64,000 bases of DNA, from the NCBI GenBank assembly GCA_973895155.1, contig OZ316894.1:26583240-26647239 (forward strand), given 5' to 3'. This DNA is from Marsupella aquatica (taxonomy: Eukaryota > Plantae > Marchantiophyta). Each line of letters starts with the position of its first letter. Position 1 is the first letter of the stretch. The position numbers and the translations under genes were made by a program. Under the pieces are notes generated by a model, which was given only the letters and a program-made list of their open reading frames with translations, had not been told where the DNA came from and ran no database searches. This document shows positions 51,781 through 63,600 of this stretch, piece after piece.

Positions 51781-52720
51781 AACATTTCCCCTGTTCAGTG
51801 TGCAGAGTAGCATTTTGGCTCTGCCTTGTAATGTGGGTTATTTTGTAAGGCAGGTTTTTGCGTCTTATTCTGGTCCCTTTAAAGATTGAAACAGTGCTGG
51901 ATCTAGGAAGACAAATTCACTGAAAGTTGGGTGCGTCTGCAAGAAGGATTATAAGTATCCAAATCTATTGGCAGCTGTCTTTTCGACGTTTGTTAGCAAC
52001 TAGTTTCGTTGACTAGGAGCAACTGCAGCAAATTATTTCAATTCTCTGAGATTGTAGTGATTTTTGCGGAGGTTCTATTCATCCGGAAGAAACACTCAGA
52101 ATGCTTGATCACCATGCTCGCAGCTAGTTGGATATGATTTCCGATCTTGCCACACATGCAAGCCTGTAAACGATCTTCTAAGTGAAGCAAGAAAGGAGAC
52201 CACGAGACGGGGAGATGATACATGTACCAACGCCTCGTTAATGAGGTTGCCTCCTGCAAGAGAATAGACGATCAAAACCGGTGTAAAGCCTCATATCTTA
52301 AAGCGTTCACGCACTGCAAACATGTACGAGACTTATCCGCTGACATTTTTGGCAGGAGGAGTGTCCGTAAAACCAGTGAAGTTTGAGTGGTTAGAGAATG
52401 TTTTCCAAATCTATTAAACTGCCTCGCTTCTTTTAACAAACACTTGTTCCTTGACAAGAGCTTGCTCATGGGGTGGGCATCCAAAACACCCAATCAAACC
52501 ATCTCATAAAACATGCAATCCCGTTCATGTTCCGGGCAACAGCAGATTGAGACTCTGAGAGGACATAGCAGAGCTCGGGTAAGGTTCCCTCCACTTACGA
52601 GAAATACCCTAAACCCTACACTCCAATATACACTTTAGACTCCGTGGTAATTGCGATTCGTAGAGAAAGTTGATGACGATCAAAAATACATATCAGAAAT
52701 GCTCAGATAGTGGCTGTAAA

Positions 52721-54297
52721 CTACTTCAAAAATGTGCACGCGACCCACAAAAAGATGTAGGAGAACAAAGCTGTAGAAAGCTCAAGACTCCAAGAAGGTG
52801 GTATGATGTAGCTCGAGAGGACAGGAACAAGAAAAGATCCACTAAGCCATCCCACAACAAGGGCACCAAACCTGTAAAGACAAAGCAATGTTGTTAAGAC
52901 AGACCCAAGACGTCTAGACCATAATTCAACCGAAAGTAACACAATTTCGTCTTCAAAAAAGACAAGCGCAGATTATAATAACATGTTTTGTTAAACTCCA
53001 GCCAACTATATAATGCTATGGTTTTAAAGGATAGCAGCTAGGTGAAGGGATCGAAATCTCACCCAATCATGAATGCCCTCCCAAGACTTTTCAACCTGTC
53101 GTTGAGAAAGTAAATGCATGCGGCGAGGGATACAGCAACCTGCACACGATTTCAACTCAATTTTCAAAACGCAATTGATTGGAGGAACGTTTTGCAAATG
53201 GAAGGTCAACCGCTGGTGACTGAAATTAAATCCCTTCGGGCTAGACCCTTAACAAACGCAGCTGCCACATTAAGGCAGAATAAAGGATTCAGCAAGAAAC
53301 AAATCATTCATGTGCATGAAACGAACCTGGAATGCAGGGCCGGCTTCCGATGGATTCATAGCACTCCAAACGCCAAGCAAGAAAAAAAGGGCACCTCTTT
53401 GAAGTATGATCTGGGAGGTTGGAACTTCAAACCTATTCGTTATGGCTTGTACCCACGGAGGTGATTCTGCAAACTTTTTCTTGATATTTGCCTTCAAGTT
53501 GATTTTGGATTTCTTCCTATCTCTGAAACTTTCCATGATGATTTTGTCATAAGCCCTCTCAATACTTTCCCTACTTTTCTCATGGCCTGCATACTGTTCA
53601 GATAAATAATTGCGAGCCTCCCGAATCTCCTCTTCCGAAGCATCTCGACTGACTCCCAGAAGCTTGTACGGATCCCTCGCATTGAGTCTTGGGAAAGCAG
53701 TTTGCGAAACTGGATGCCAGGAGCGAAATGTTAACCATAAATACACACAAACACAACTGTTCACATCAAACTCTCAACTCAGTAAATACTCCAAAAAGGG
53801 CCAGCAGAAGGATTTGGAAACATGTGAAATAAAACAACTCTCAATTCCGCTAATTAATCGTCAGAAAGATCAAAAGTATAAGTAGAGGTGGAAGGGTTAG
53901 CACCAATTAAAATCGCCGACAATCGAGCAAAAAACGAATGCAACAGACGTACCATGTTCACTCTCGTCGCCAGCTCCGCTACTTCCAGCAACCCCAGAGA
54001 CGCTAGCTCTTAACACTGGCATCCTCTGAACCCACCTAGTGCGGAAATTCTGTCCGTTGGGCCGCAATTGCGCTTGATAACCCCTGCGCATTTATTCATC
54101 GATTTCAGCTCACTGAACAAAAAAACCAAATTGGAAAATGACGCCTTCGACTCACCACATCATGCTCCTGCCTCAAGAGCTCAATAGAAAGCAAATCGAA
54201 CGTCGTACGCGGAAGGGTACCTCCTCGAGACAGACTTGCCGATTGTGAGGCGCTCGCAGGAACAGAGATCCGCTTGCAGGCACCGAGCCATCGCCAT
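52721..54297 (-). CDS. CPP1: CHAPERONE-LIKE PROTEIN OF POR1 (CPP1/CDF1), chloroplast J-like protein
   Basis: Exons: 54221-54297 (MAMARCLQ...), 53953-54083, 53327-53709 ([52 protein letters not shown]...GPAFQ), 53063-53139 ([18 protein letters not shown]) and 52721-52871 (...LWVACTFLK*). Confidence 0.93.
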
Positions 54298-54435
54298 AGC
54301 TCCCCGGCAGCTCCAGCCAGCTACGGTAGTAACTTATAACTATATGTATCAGAAGAGATCCGCTTGCAGGCACCGAGCCATCGCCATAGCTCCCCGGCAG
54401 CTCCAGCCAGCTACGGTAGTAACTTATAACTATAT

Positions 54436-57400
54436 CAGACTGCCAAAAAAAGCAAAGGGTCCAACCGGCAGACATGAGGGTGCCTAACCGGGGGACATGA
54501 TCCCTCGGGCAAAAAGTCTAATCAAGGGGAACAACCAAAAAAGGCCAAGAAACAAGGAACCCTAAAGCCTACCTATTAGCTAACTCAAGAGTAACTTATA
54601 ACTATATATATATGAGAGTGCCAAAAAACAAAGGGCGCCCAACAGATAGACATGATCCCTCAGGCAAAATGGCCTAATCAAGGGGGAACAACCAAGAAAG
54701 GCCAAGAAACAAGGAACCCTAAAGCCTACCGATAAGCGAACTGAAGAGCCTGGTTGAGCTTTGGTGTGAACTGCGTGGGATCGAGGGTCAAAAAAATTAA
54801 TCCTACTAGAGGCCCTAAGATCAACAGCCTCACCCCTACGAAGAATAGCAAATGCAATAGTGAATGCATGTGCCCGCTAAAGAGCAACAGACAACCTCTG
54901 TCTAAAAACTGTCATGATGACAGACACCGGGGGATATGGCCTCTGCTCGACGTACTAAACTGCGAAGGAATGTAGGAAACGATCAAAGGATGGGTGTAAG
55001 CGCCCCAAATATCTCCACAGCAAATGAATAGAAGAGATCACCGGGGTACCGCATAGCATAGGCCTCCTCCTTAAGTCGAGCTGCCCATGCAACGGCATGG
55101 CCAGGAACATAGGCGATAGAAGCCACATTGGCCCCACTGGTAGGATCAGCAACAACAACATCCCCGAGGGCACAAACTCCTGCAGGAGAGAAGACCAAAT
55201 CAGCCCGACGATGATCAGGAACCCCATCTCGTGGAGGTAACACATGTCTTTGCTCCATCATGACATGGTACCCAGAGTCACTAGCAATGGCTGCCACCAC
55301 ATCCTGGATGTCATCGTGTGTCACAGTCCTCTCACTACCATGACCGCACTTGAGAATATGAATGCCCTGTCCATCTAGGGGCACACCACAGACGCAAGTG
55401 GGTTGAGCCAAGAGGCAAAGGTGAGGGAGACCCCGACAAAGGCGCACGTATGTGGTGAAGATAAAAGACTCATACAAAAGGAAGCCCATAGTGGGCTACC
55501 CAAAAGCCAGGCCCCCAAACCAACTCCCCAACCGGATAAGAGACATGCCCAAACCGAGTCTGAGTGTGCCTCAGAAAGCATGCTAGAAAGGGTATGTCGG
55601 TGTAGGCGATCAGAAATCACCTGTTGGACTCGATCTTCTTAGGCTGTCCAAGACAACCCCCTTGAATGTAGGGACCACGCTCTGCACATCTTCCGACAAT
55701 AAGGACGTGGATGACGAAGCAGGACCTGAAACGGGAGATCTTCGTTCTCCACTCCCATGACCGCGTTAGAGAGGATAGGCAAAGGTCCACAATGAAGCGT
55801 GAGGCTAAGGCGGGAGAAATCTAAGTATGCCTAGCTACCAAGGAATGCGCAAGGGGCAGTGTCCACCACCAAAGCCACCCCTATACCACCTCCCAATGGG
55901 GGCAACGCAGCCTACCTAGCCACAAAAGAACCATCCTCTCCATCAAGGGCTCTCGGACCAATGAGATGGCCAAAGGCTCTCAAATGGTGTCAAATGAAGA
56001 GAGCAAGGACATAAACATCGCAAAAGGAGGGATTGTCCGGAGAACATATGAAGGACGGCGAATAAAGCACAAGACCAGGATCAGGCATCCCCCAAGGCTG
56101 CCAGCTGGTCAATATGCAAAACATCCTGGGACAGAGTAGTCTGAAGAAAATCCTGCTCAAAGACAGCCTCCCCAATCAGCACCCCAAGGACTCTAATGCC
56201 CTCAGGCCAAAGGGGTATACCAAGAAGGGGAGTGAAAGAGCTGGGAAGGGGAGACAAGACCAAACCCCACACTTCCTAGGTTGAATTGAAAGACCAATGA
56301 GGGTAAGCTGGTCCACAAAGTGGGTATAGGCCCCCCCAACAAGCAAGACCGGGGCAACAATGTGAGTATCGTCCTCAACAGATGGAAACAAGCAACCTGG
56401 AAAAGCGACAGAGGAAGCCCGGAGAGTCCAAAGATGTGCCATAGCAAACAACGCCCCACCAAGGGGATCACCCTGCCTAGTCCCAGACTCAAATGAAATG
56501 GTCAAGTAGGACCCAAAACCCAAGTGGTTAGGGTAAACCAAGGGGGTTAGGACCCCATAAAAGGCTCGGGCAAATTTAAAGGGGATGAGAGATGCAAAGA
56601 TGCAACTTCCCCTCCAACGGCCCAAAGCTCCTTGAACATGGCCTGCCAAGAAATAGAGTTGAATGCATTAGCCACATCCACCTGAATAACCACCCAGTCA
56701 GGGTGGATATCCAAGATGGCAGTTAGGCCATGCACCACACTCTCGCAACAGCTCAGGGTGGCCACACCAAACTGGTGAGGAAAGAAGTGTGATGAAAATG
56801 GGGCCCTGGTCTGCAAACAAGCACAACAACTAACCAATCGAAACAAGACCTCCCCAATGGCCAAGGGCCTGACACCCCCAAACTCTTTTACCATAGCCAG
56901 AAGCCGACAAGCCCTAAGAGTCGAGCAACCACAAGAGGAATGCAACCCCCCGCAACATGGGCACAGACCTGGAACAACTTAGAAAAACTAGATGTCGAGT
57001 CATCGGGAGAGAAGCAATCACAAAGGTGCTCGAATCTCATCCCCAAAACTCCGCCCGCAGATAGGCAGGACAGATGAAGGAAGACATAAGGAAACATGCC
57101 ACGGGATAGGGAGAACTCAGTCTCTGGGGTAAAGCTCCCAAGAAAACCAGGAGCCTCGGAGACAACTGGGGATGGAGAGACTCGGGGGGTTAACTTAGTG
57201 TATATTTTGGGGTACCATGTGCGATCCTAGCCTAATATAAAATACACATATTTTATAATAGGAATATTCCAAAAATATTCTCTATTTTCAATATTAATAA
57301 TCTATTTTACATTATGAAAGGTATATATTAGAGAATATTCTACAAATATGAGTTTATAATACCTCTTTTGCTTCCTACGCTTTTTAAAAATTTAGCTAAT

Positions 57401-58321
57401 TTTTATGAAAAATACCTATTTTGGATCGCACGTGATTCCTAAGATTTTTGATAGTCAACCCCTCGAGTGGAGAGACCGTAAGGCAAGAACGGTCTCGGCC
57501 GAAGGAGGAGAGGGGGAGAGGGTAACCAAAGAGCGGACAGCTCGAGAGAACTCCCTAGCCTACCCAACATAAGACATTGGCAAAGCCGACGCTGCATGGG
57601 AGGGACGGACAGCTCTTGAGGAGGCTCAAAAGCCCGGGAGGCCAACACTAACAACGATGGTAATACTCCGACGCCCAATCCCCGGATAGGAATCGCTGCA
57701 ACCAAACCATGGTCTCCCTATGTCCGCCCCCCCCCCCCCACCTCTGCCACGGAGGAAGGACCAGCACCTAGTGAGGGAGCATAAGGAGCAAGGACCAGGC
57801 CCTAACATCCAAAGGGTTGCAAGCCAACCGGTCAACGAGAAGACGAAACTAAGGCTCTATGAAGAAGAGGCCGCAAAGGCACGGGAATGGTAGGAAACAA
57901 ATGGGGATGCCAAAAACCAGGATAGAGGGCAACAAGGACATCAAGATGAGCCAACCAATCCCAGGAGGAGGGAGGCAGGCCATACGGGGGTGGTGGCAGT
58001 GGGGAGGTGGAGGCAAGGTGGAGGAGGAAGCACGAAGGGCGGGGCAAGAACGGCGTTGGTGCGCCAAACCTCGGGCGCCAATAAAAGGGGGGGAGTTGCG
58101 AGGGTCACCCAGGCAAGACGACCTCCGCTCCGAAGAGTTGGGGGTCATTCATAATGAGGCCCCTAGAATGGGGCCCCAGTGTGCGCCCCTCCATGCCCCC
58201 GCCGCGCGTCAGCAGCCCAACTTCCACAATCCCTGCCACAATCCCCCCAAAGCACACCTAAACTCCGCCTTGCCCCTCAGGTTGCAGCCCCTCCTCCGCC
58301 TGCCACTCGTTGCAAGCCCTC
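54436..58321 (-). mobile_element. Degenerate CRE-clade non-LTR retrotransposon (RT + restriction-like endonuclease)
   Basis: RT fragments: VRPLAIGEVLFRLV, PHQFGVA, QVDVANAFNSIS, SGTRQGDPLGGALF and SVEDDTHIV. C-terminal CxC..H..C zinc motif and RLE motifs: THDDIQD, RRADLV, DVVV, KEEAY, FAVEIFGAL. There are multiple frameshifts and stops. The main 3' end is at ~54610, with a second short 3' copy at 54436-54589. The 5' part is cut by the gypsy LTR at 58322. Confidence 0.85.
57209..57439. mobile_element. AT-rich MITE-like insertion inside the CRE element
   Basis: Abrupt AT-rich block with imperfect TIRs (ccatgtgcgatcc ... ggatcgcacgtg). The TSD is not clear. Confidence 0.55.
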
Positions 58322-60674
58322 TGTCATGCGCATACACATTGCTACACAACATACATCACTTGTCACACACATCCAAACATATCCACAATGCAACATCACA
58401 AACACAAGAGAATGGAATACATTCAAGTGGAACTCATGTCCACACATGTCCAAAACCCACAATAATCTTCTCAGAATTTGGCATGACAATCCCTGTCAAC
58501 AATACCCTATCGATCCTGCACCGATCCGATCACACACGTATGTCAAGCCAACGCACCTTACACTACTCAAGGAATCCACGTTACACAAGCGGAGCTCATA
58601 GCCACCATAGCCACACTTGAGCTCCTCTCTCTCCAAGGCTCAACATCAAAAGATGACCTTTCGATCCTCACAAGGGAGAACTACTCTCCTACACAAACCT
58701 AATGGAACCCTATCGGCTCCAATAGCACACTTACAAAACATACATACTCAACTAGCACTATATAATTATTACAACAACTTCTAGAATGGTGTGACAGTTA
58801 TCGTGCGCATACACATTGCTACACAACATACATCGCTTGTCACACACATCCAAACATATCCATAATGCACATCACAAACACAAGATAATGGAATACAAGT
58901 GGAACTCATATCCACACATGTCCAAAATCCACAATCGCCCCCTAGTTGGGAGTAAGGTCCCCTAACTCTAGCTAGCCATGAGTTCTACAAGGCTGATATA
59001 CATCTTTTTAAGTGTGAAGATCATGAGGCCGGGTGCAAGTGAGCCTCATCAATCACCTTCCTGCAATCCATATCTGCCAAGAGAACACAAATGATAACTA
59101 GTCGGCTTCATCGACACTAAGGACACAACCATGATCCACTAGGAATCACCTGCAATGGTGGTGTCGGGTATAGCGGCGGAGATGGGAAATAGGTAATTTC
59201 TTATTTTTAATATGTTGTTACCAGCAAAAAATCGTTGTTACCAGGAAAAATGACAATTTAAAAATGTCTCCTTAAAAATACCATTTTTAAAAAAAAATTA
59301 ACAATGCAACATTTTTGGCTAGCTTTGGGCACTAGCAAAAAAAATTGTCGACCAAAAAAAAACTTCAAACAAAATTTTCCACCCATTTTCCTATTACCAA
59401 TTTCTGTTATTAACTCTTGTTTCCTGTTTTGCTATCTTTTGTAAACACCTCGTGGTGTGAAATATGACATGTGTCATCCTCTAGAACACTTATCACAAAT
59501 TAACATAGTAGCTGCTCCCTGAGCACATTCACACAACATACATTTCAAGTCAACACGAACATGTGCCAAGCTTGGATCTACTGTACCATCAATGTTGGGA
59601 AGGTGACATGGTGCACAGTTGCGCACATGATCCTTCCAAACCATACCATTGCATCCCTCCAACATCAAGACACTAGAAGGCAACACTTCACGCACACGTA
59701 AGATTGTCTGGCCTGCGGTCACATCAAAAGTTGTGGGTGTTGTTTTCTGCAAATAAACATAATCACCAGGATAAAATCATCGAATGCTTGCACGGTAACC
59801 TCCTCCACAAATAGTGGCATACCTCAAAGTATCACGATGTTGGGCAATGGCAAGGTTGTCAAAAGCCATGGGCATGACTCTATGAAATACCTGTGCTCTC
59901 TCTGAACACACCTTGACCCAAACATCAGGATCATCCAAGTTCACAACTGACGTAGCATCACGACGAATAGCTACTGGCAAATCTGGCTCTCTACTATAGA
60001 GCACAAAGTAAGGTGAGAAGGATGCAAGTGATGCTTGCCGACTGAAACGATAGCCCATAGCTAACCAAGGTAGTTGGAGATCCCAATCTCCCAGATGACC
60101 AACCTGCAAGTCATACTTACGCAATCCTCTCTTCATAGTTTGCACCACTCTCTCAACTAATCCATCTGCCTCAGGATGATCACGAGAGGTAGTACAATGA
60201 TCAATCAGAGCTTGCTCACACAAATTCTCAAACTCTCCATGGAATTCAATTCCCTGATCAGTCAACACCTCAGCTGGTGCTCCATAATGACTGAGTACAC
60301 GATCCAAAAATGTAGCAGCAACTCCTCCACTGGTTTTATCTGGCAACGCCACTAGCTCAATCCACTTGGAGAAGTGATCCACCATGACCAAAACATACCG
60401 ATTATGATGTTGGGTAAGAGGTAATGGACCAGCAAAATCCAAACTCCAACAATATCTCAAACCCATGATCGGCAACAGATGCAACTAGGGAGTGGGAGCA
60501 TTAAATGATGCTCTCACTCTATCACATACCACACACTTAGCTATCAACTGCTGGACATGAGTGTGCATATCATGCCACCAATACTATGTCTGCAGCAAGT
60601 TGTAAGTGTCCTTCACACCAAAGTGACCCAACTCCTCGTGCGCATGTCGCACCAAATGTACTTGTTGTGATGGT
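58322..60674 (-). mobile_element. Ty3/gypsy LTR retrotransposon copy 1 (integrase-PHD + 3' LTR), interrupted at 60675 by copy 2
   Basis: Integrase motifs WSLDFAGP, VLTDQG and DGLVER. The PHD is broken by a stop and by the insertion at 59166. A purine tract lies at ~58935-58945 and the 3' LTR spans 58322-58933 (TG...CA on the minus strand). Confidence 0.9.
59166..59451. mobile_element. AT-rich insertion with probable 8-bp TSD inside the copy-1 PHD coding sequence
   Basis: Flanked by GTGGTGTC (59158) and GTGGTGTG (59452). The homologous uninterrupted site in copy 2 reads gggtggtgtcaaacacg (~61503). Confidence 0.7.
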
Positions 60675-63600
60675 TGTCGTGCGCATACACATCGCTACAC
60701 AACATACATCGCTTGTCACACGTATCCAAACATAGGTACAATCCACTAACACAAACATAAGAGAATGGAGTACAAATAGAACCAATGTCCACACATGCCC
60801 AAAACCCACAATAATCTTCAATGGATGAAATCGAACAACCATCAGTGCTAATCCAACAACGATCCCGTCCAACACGATCACACATATATGTCAAGCCCAA
60901 CGCACCTTGTGCTTCAAGGAATCCACGTTACATGCACACAACCTGGTCAGCCACACCATAGCCACCGAGCTCATGCTCAAAGGCTCAACATTGAAAGATG
61001 AGGCCTTTGAGCCAACACAAGGGGATAACTATCCCTCACACCAACTCAAACTAAACACAAAGTGCTCATATAGCACACATACAAAACCTCTATACCCTGG
61101 ATAGTACGATATACTTTATTACCACTCTAAATGGTGTGACAGCTATCGTGCGCATACACATCGCTACACAACATACATCGTTTGTCACACGTATCCAAAC
61201 ATAGTCATAATCCACTAACACAAATATAAGATAACGGAGTACAAATAGAACCAATGTCCACACATGCCCAAAACCCACAATCGCCCCTCTAGCTGGGAGT
61301 GAGGTCCCCTAACTCTAGCTAGCCATGAGTTCTACAAGGTTAATATACACCTTTGTAGGTGCAAAGATCAGGAGGCCGGGTGCAAGTGAGCCCCATCGAT
61401 CACCTACCTGCAATCTATATCTTCCACAAGAACACAAATGATAACTAGTCGGCATCATCGACATTGAGGACAAAACCATGATCCGCTAGGAATCATGTGC
61501 AAGGGTGGTGTCAAACACGACATGTGCCATCCTCTAGAACACCTATCACAAATCAACATAGTAGCTGCTTCCTGAGCAGACCCACACAACATACACTTCA
61601 AGCTAGCATGAACATGTGCCAAGCTTGGATCCACAGTGCCATCAATGTTTGGAAGGTGACATGGCGCACAATTACGCACGTGATCCTTCCAAACCATACC
61701 ATCACGCCCTTCCAACATAAGGACTCCAGAAGGCAACACTTCACGCACATGCAAGATTGTCCGCCCTGCAGTCACATCAAGCGTTGTTGGTGCTGTCTGC
61801 TGCAAATAAACATAATCGCCAGGATGAAATCTCCTAATCCTCGTGCGATAACCTCCTCCACGAATAGTAGCATACCGCAAAGTATCACGATGCTGGGCAA
61901 TAGCAAGGTTGTCAAAGGCCATGGGCATGACTCTCTCAAAAACTCGTGCCCTCTCTGAACAAACCTTTACCCAAATATCTGGATCATCCAAATCCACAAT
62001 AGTTGCAACATCACGACGAATAGCCGCTGGCAAATCTAGCTCTCTACCATAGAGCAAGAAATAGGGTGAGAAGGATGCAAGTGATGCTTGTCGACTGAAA
62101 CGGTAGCCCATAGCTAACCAAGGCAGTTGGAGATCCCAGTCTCCCAAATGACCAACCTGCAAGCCATACTTGCACAATCCTCTCTTCACAATTTGTACAA
62201 CTCTCTCTGCCAATCCATCTGCCTCAGGATGATTGCGAGAAGTAGTACGATGGTCAATCAGAGCTTGCTCACACAAACTCTCAAAATCTCCACGGAATTC
62301 CGTGCCCTGATCAGTCAACCTCCAAAGTGACTGAGTACACGATCCAAAAATGTGGCAGCAACTCCTCCGCTAGCTTTATCTGGCAACGCCACTAGCTCAA
62401 TCCACTTGGAAAAATGCTCCACCATAACCAAAACATAACGGTTATGTCGTTGGGTGAGAGGCAATGGACCAGCAAAGTCCAAACTCCATCTGTACCCCAA
62501 ACCCATGATTGGCAATGGATGCAATTGGGGAGTGGGAGCATTAAATGATGCTTGCACTCGATCACAAACCACACACTTAGCTATCAATTGTTGAACATCA
62601 GTGTGCATACCATGCCACCAATACTATGTCTGCAGCAAGCTATAAGTGCGCTTGACACCAAAGTGCCCTAACTCCTCGTGCGCATGTCGCACCAAATGTA
62701 CTGGTTGTGATGGTTTTGGTACCACCAATACCTTACCATCACGTAGTACTCTCAAAAGATGGCTTCCTTCCCATCGAAACCTCTTGGCTCTCTGTAGAAC
62801 CCTGTCACGTTCCTTGGCATCAACACTGCCAACAATAGAACCACTGTGCAGATATTCCAACACTCTCACATCATTGTGAATATCTTGCTGTCCAAAAGTT
62901 ACCTCACCAACATACACATCTAAAGACTCATCATCTACTTCATCCAATGAAGTAGAATCCACAGATCCACTGCATGCTGGAACCCAACAAAGGAAGGCAG
63001 ATGCATGCCATCCTGACACCATCTCCTTATCTGACTCATCATGCCATCTGGCTCCAGTCTCATCCTGCTGACTGGTACATGGGTTGCGGCTCAATCCATC
63101 CGCATCCAAGTTCACTTTTCCAGGTCTATGTACAACCTGGAAATCATATTCCTGCAACAACAATGCCCATCTTGCAAACTTCCCAGTAAGCTTGTCAGAC
63201 TCCATTAACCACTTGAGAGGCTGATGATCAGTGATCAAAGTGAAAGGATTACCAAACAAGTAACAGCGGAAGTGTGCCACAGCCCACACTGCTGCCAAAC
63301 ACTCTCCCTCATAAGAGCTATACTTAGCCTCTGCTGAATTGTTTGATCTACTGGCATATGCCACAACAAACTCATGCCCTTCATCATCTTTCTGAGTCAG
63401 CACTGCTCCAAGTCCTACTCCACTCCAATCAGTGTGTAGCTGAAATGGTCTCCCTGAAATGGGTCTTCTCAAAATAGGGGATGATGCCAATCTTTCTTTC
63501 AACTCGTGAAAGGCATGCTCCTGATCATCACCCCAAATCCATTCCTGATCCAACTTAGTGAGTATGGTCAAAGGTTTAGCAAGCTGGCTAAATCCTTTAA

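Noticed and set aside
57859-58620. 253-aa plus-strand ORF
   Set aside because: It is a chimeric antisense reading across the CRE/LTR junction with low complexity and no domain.
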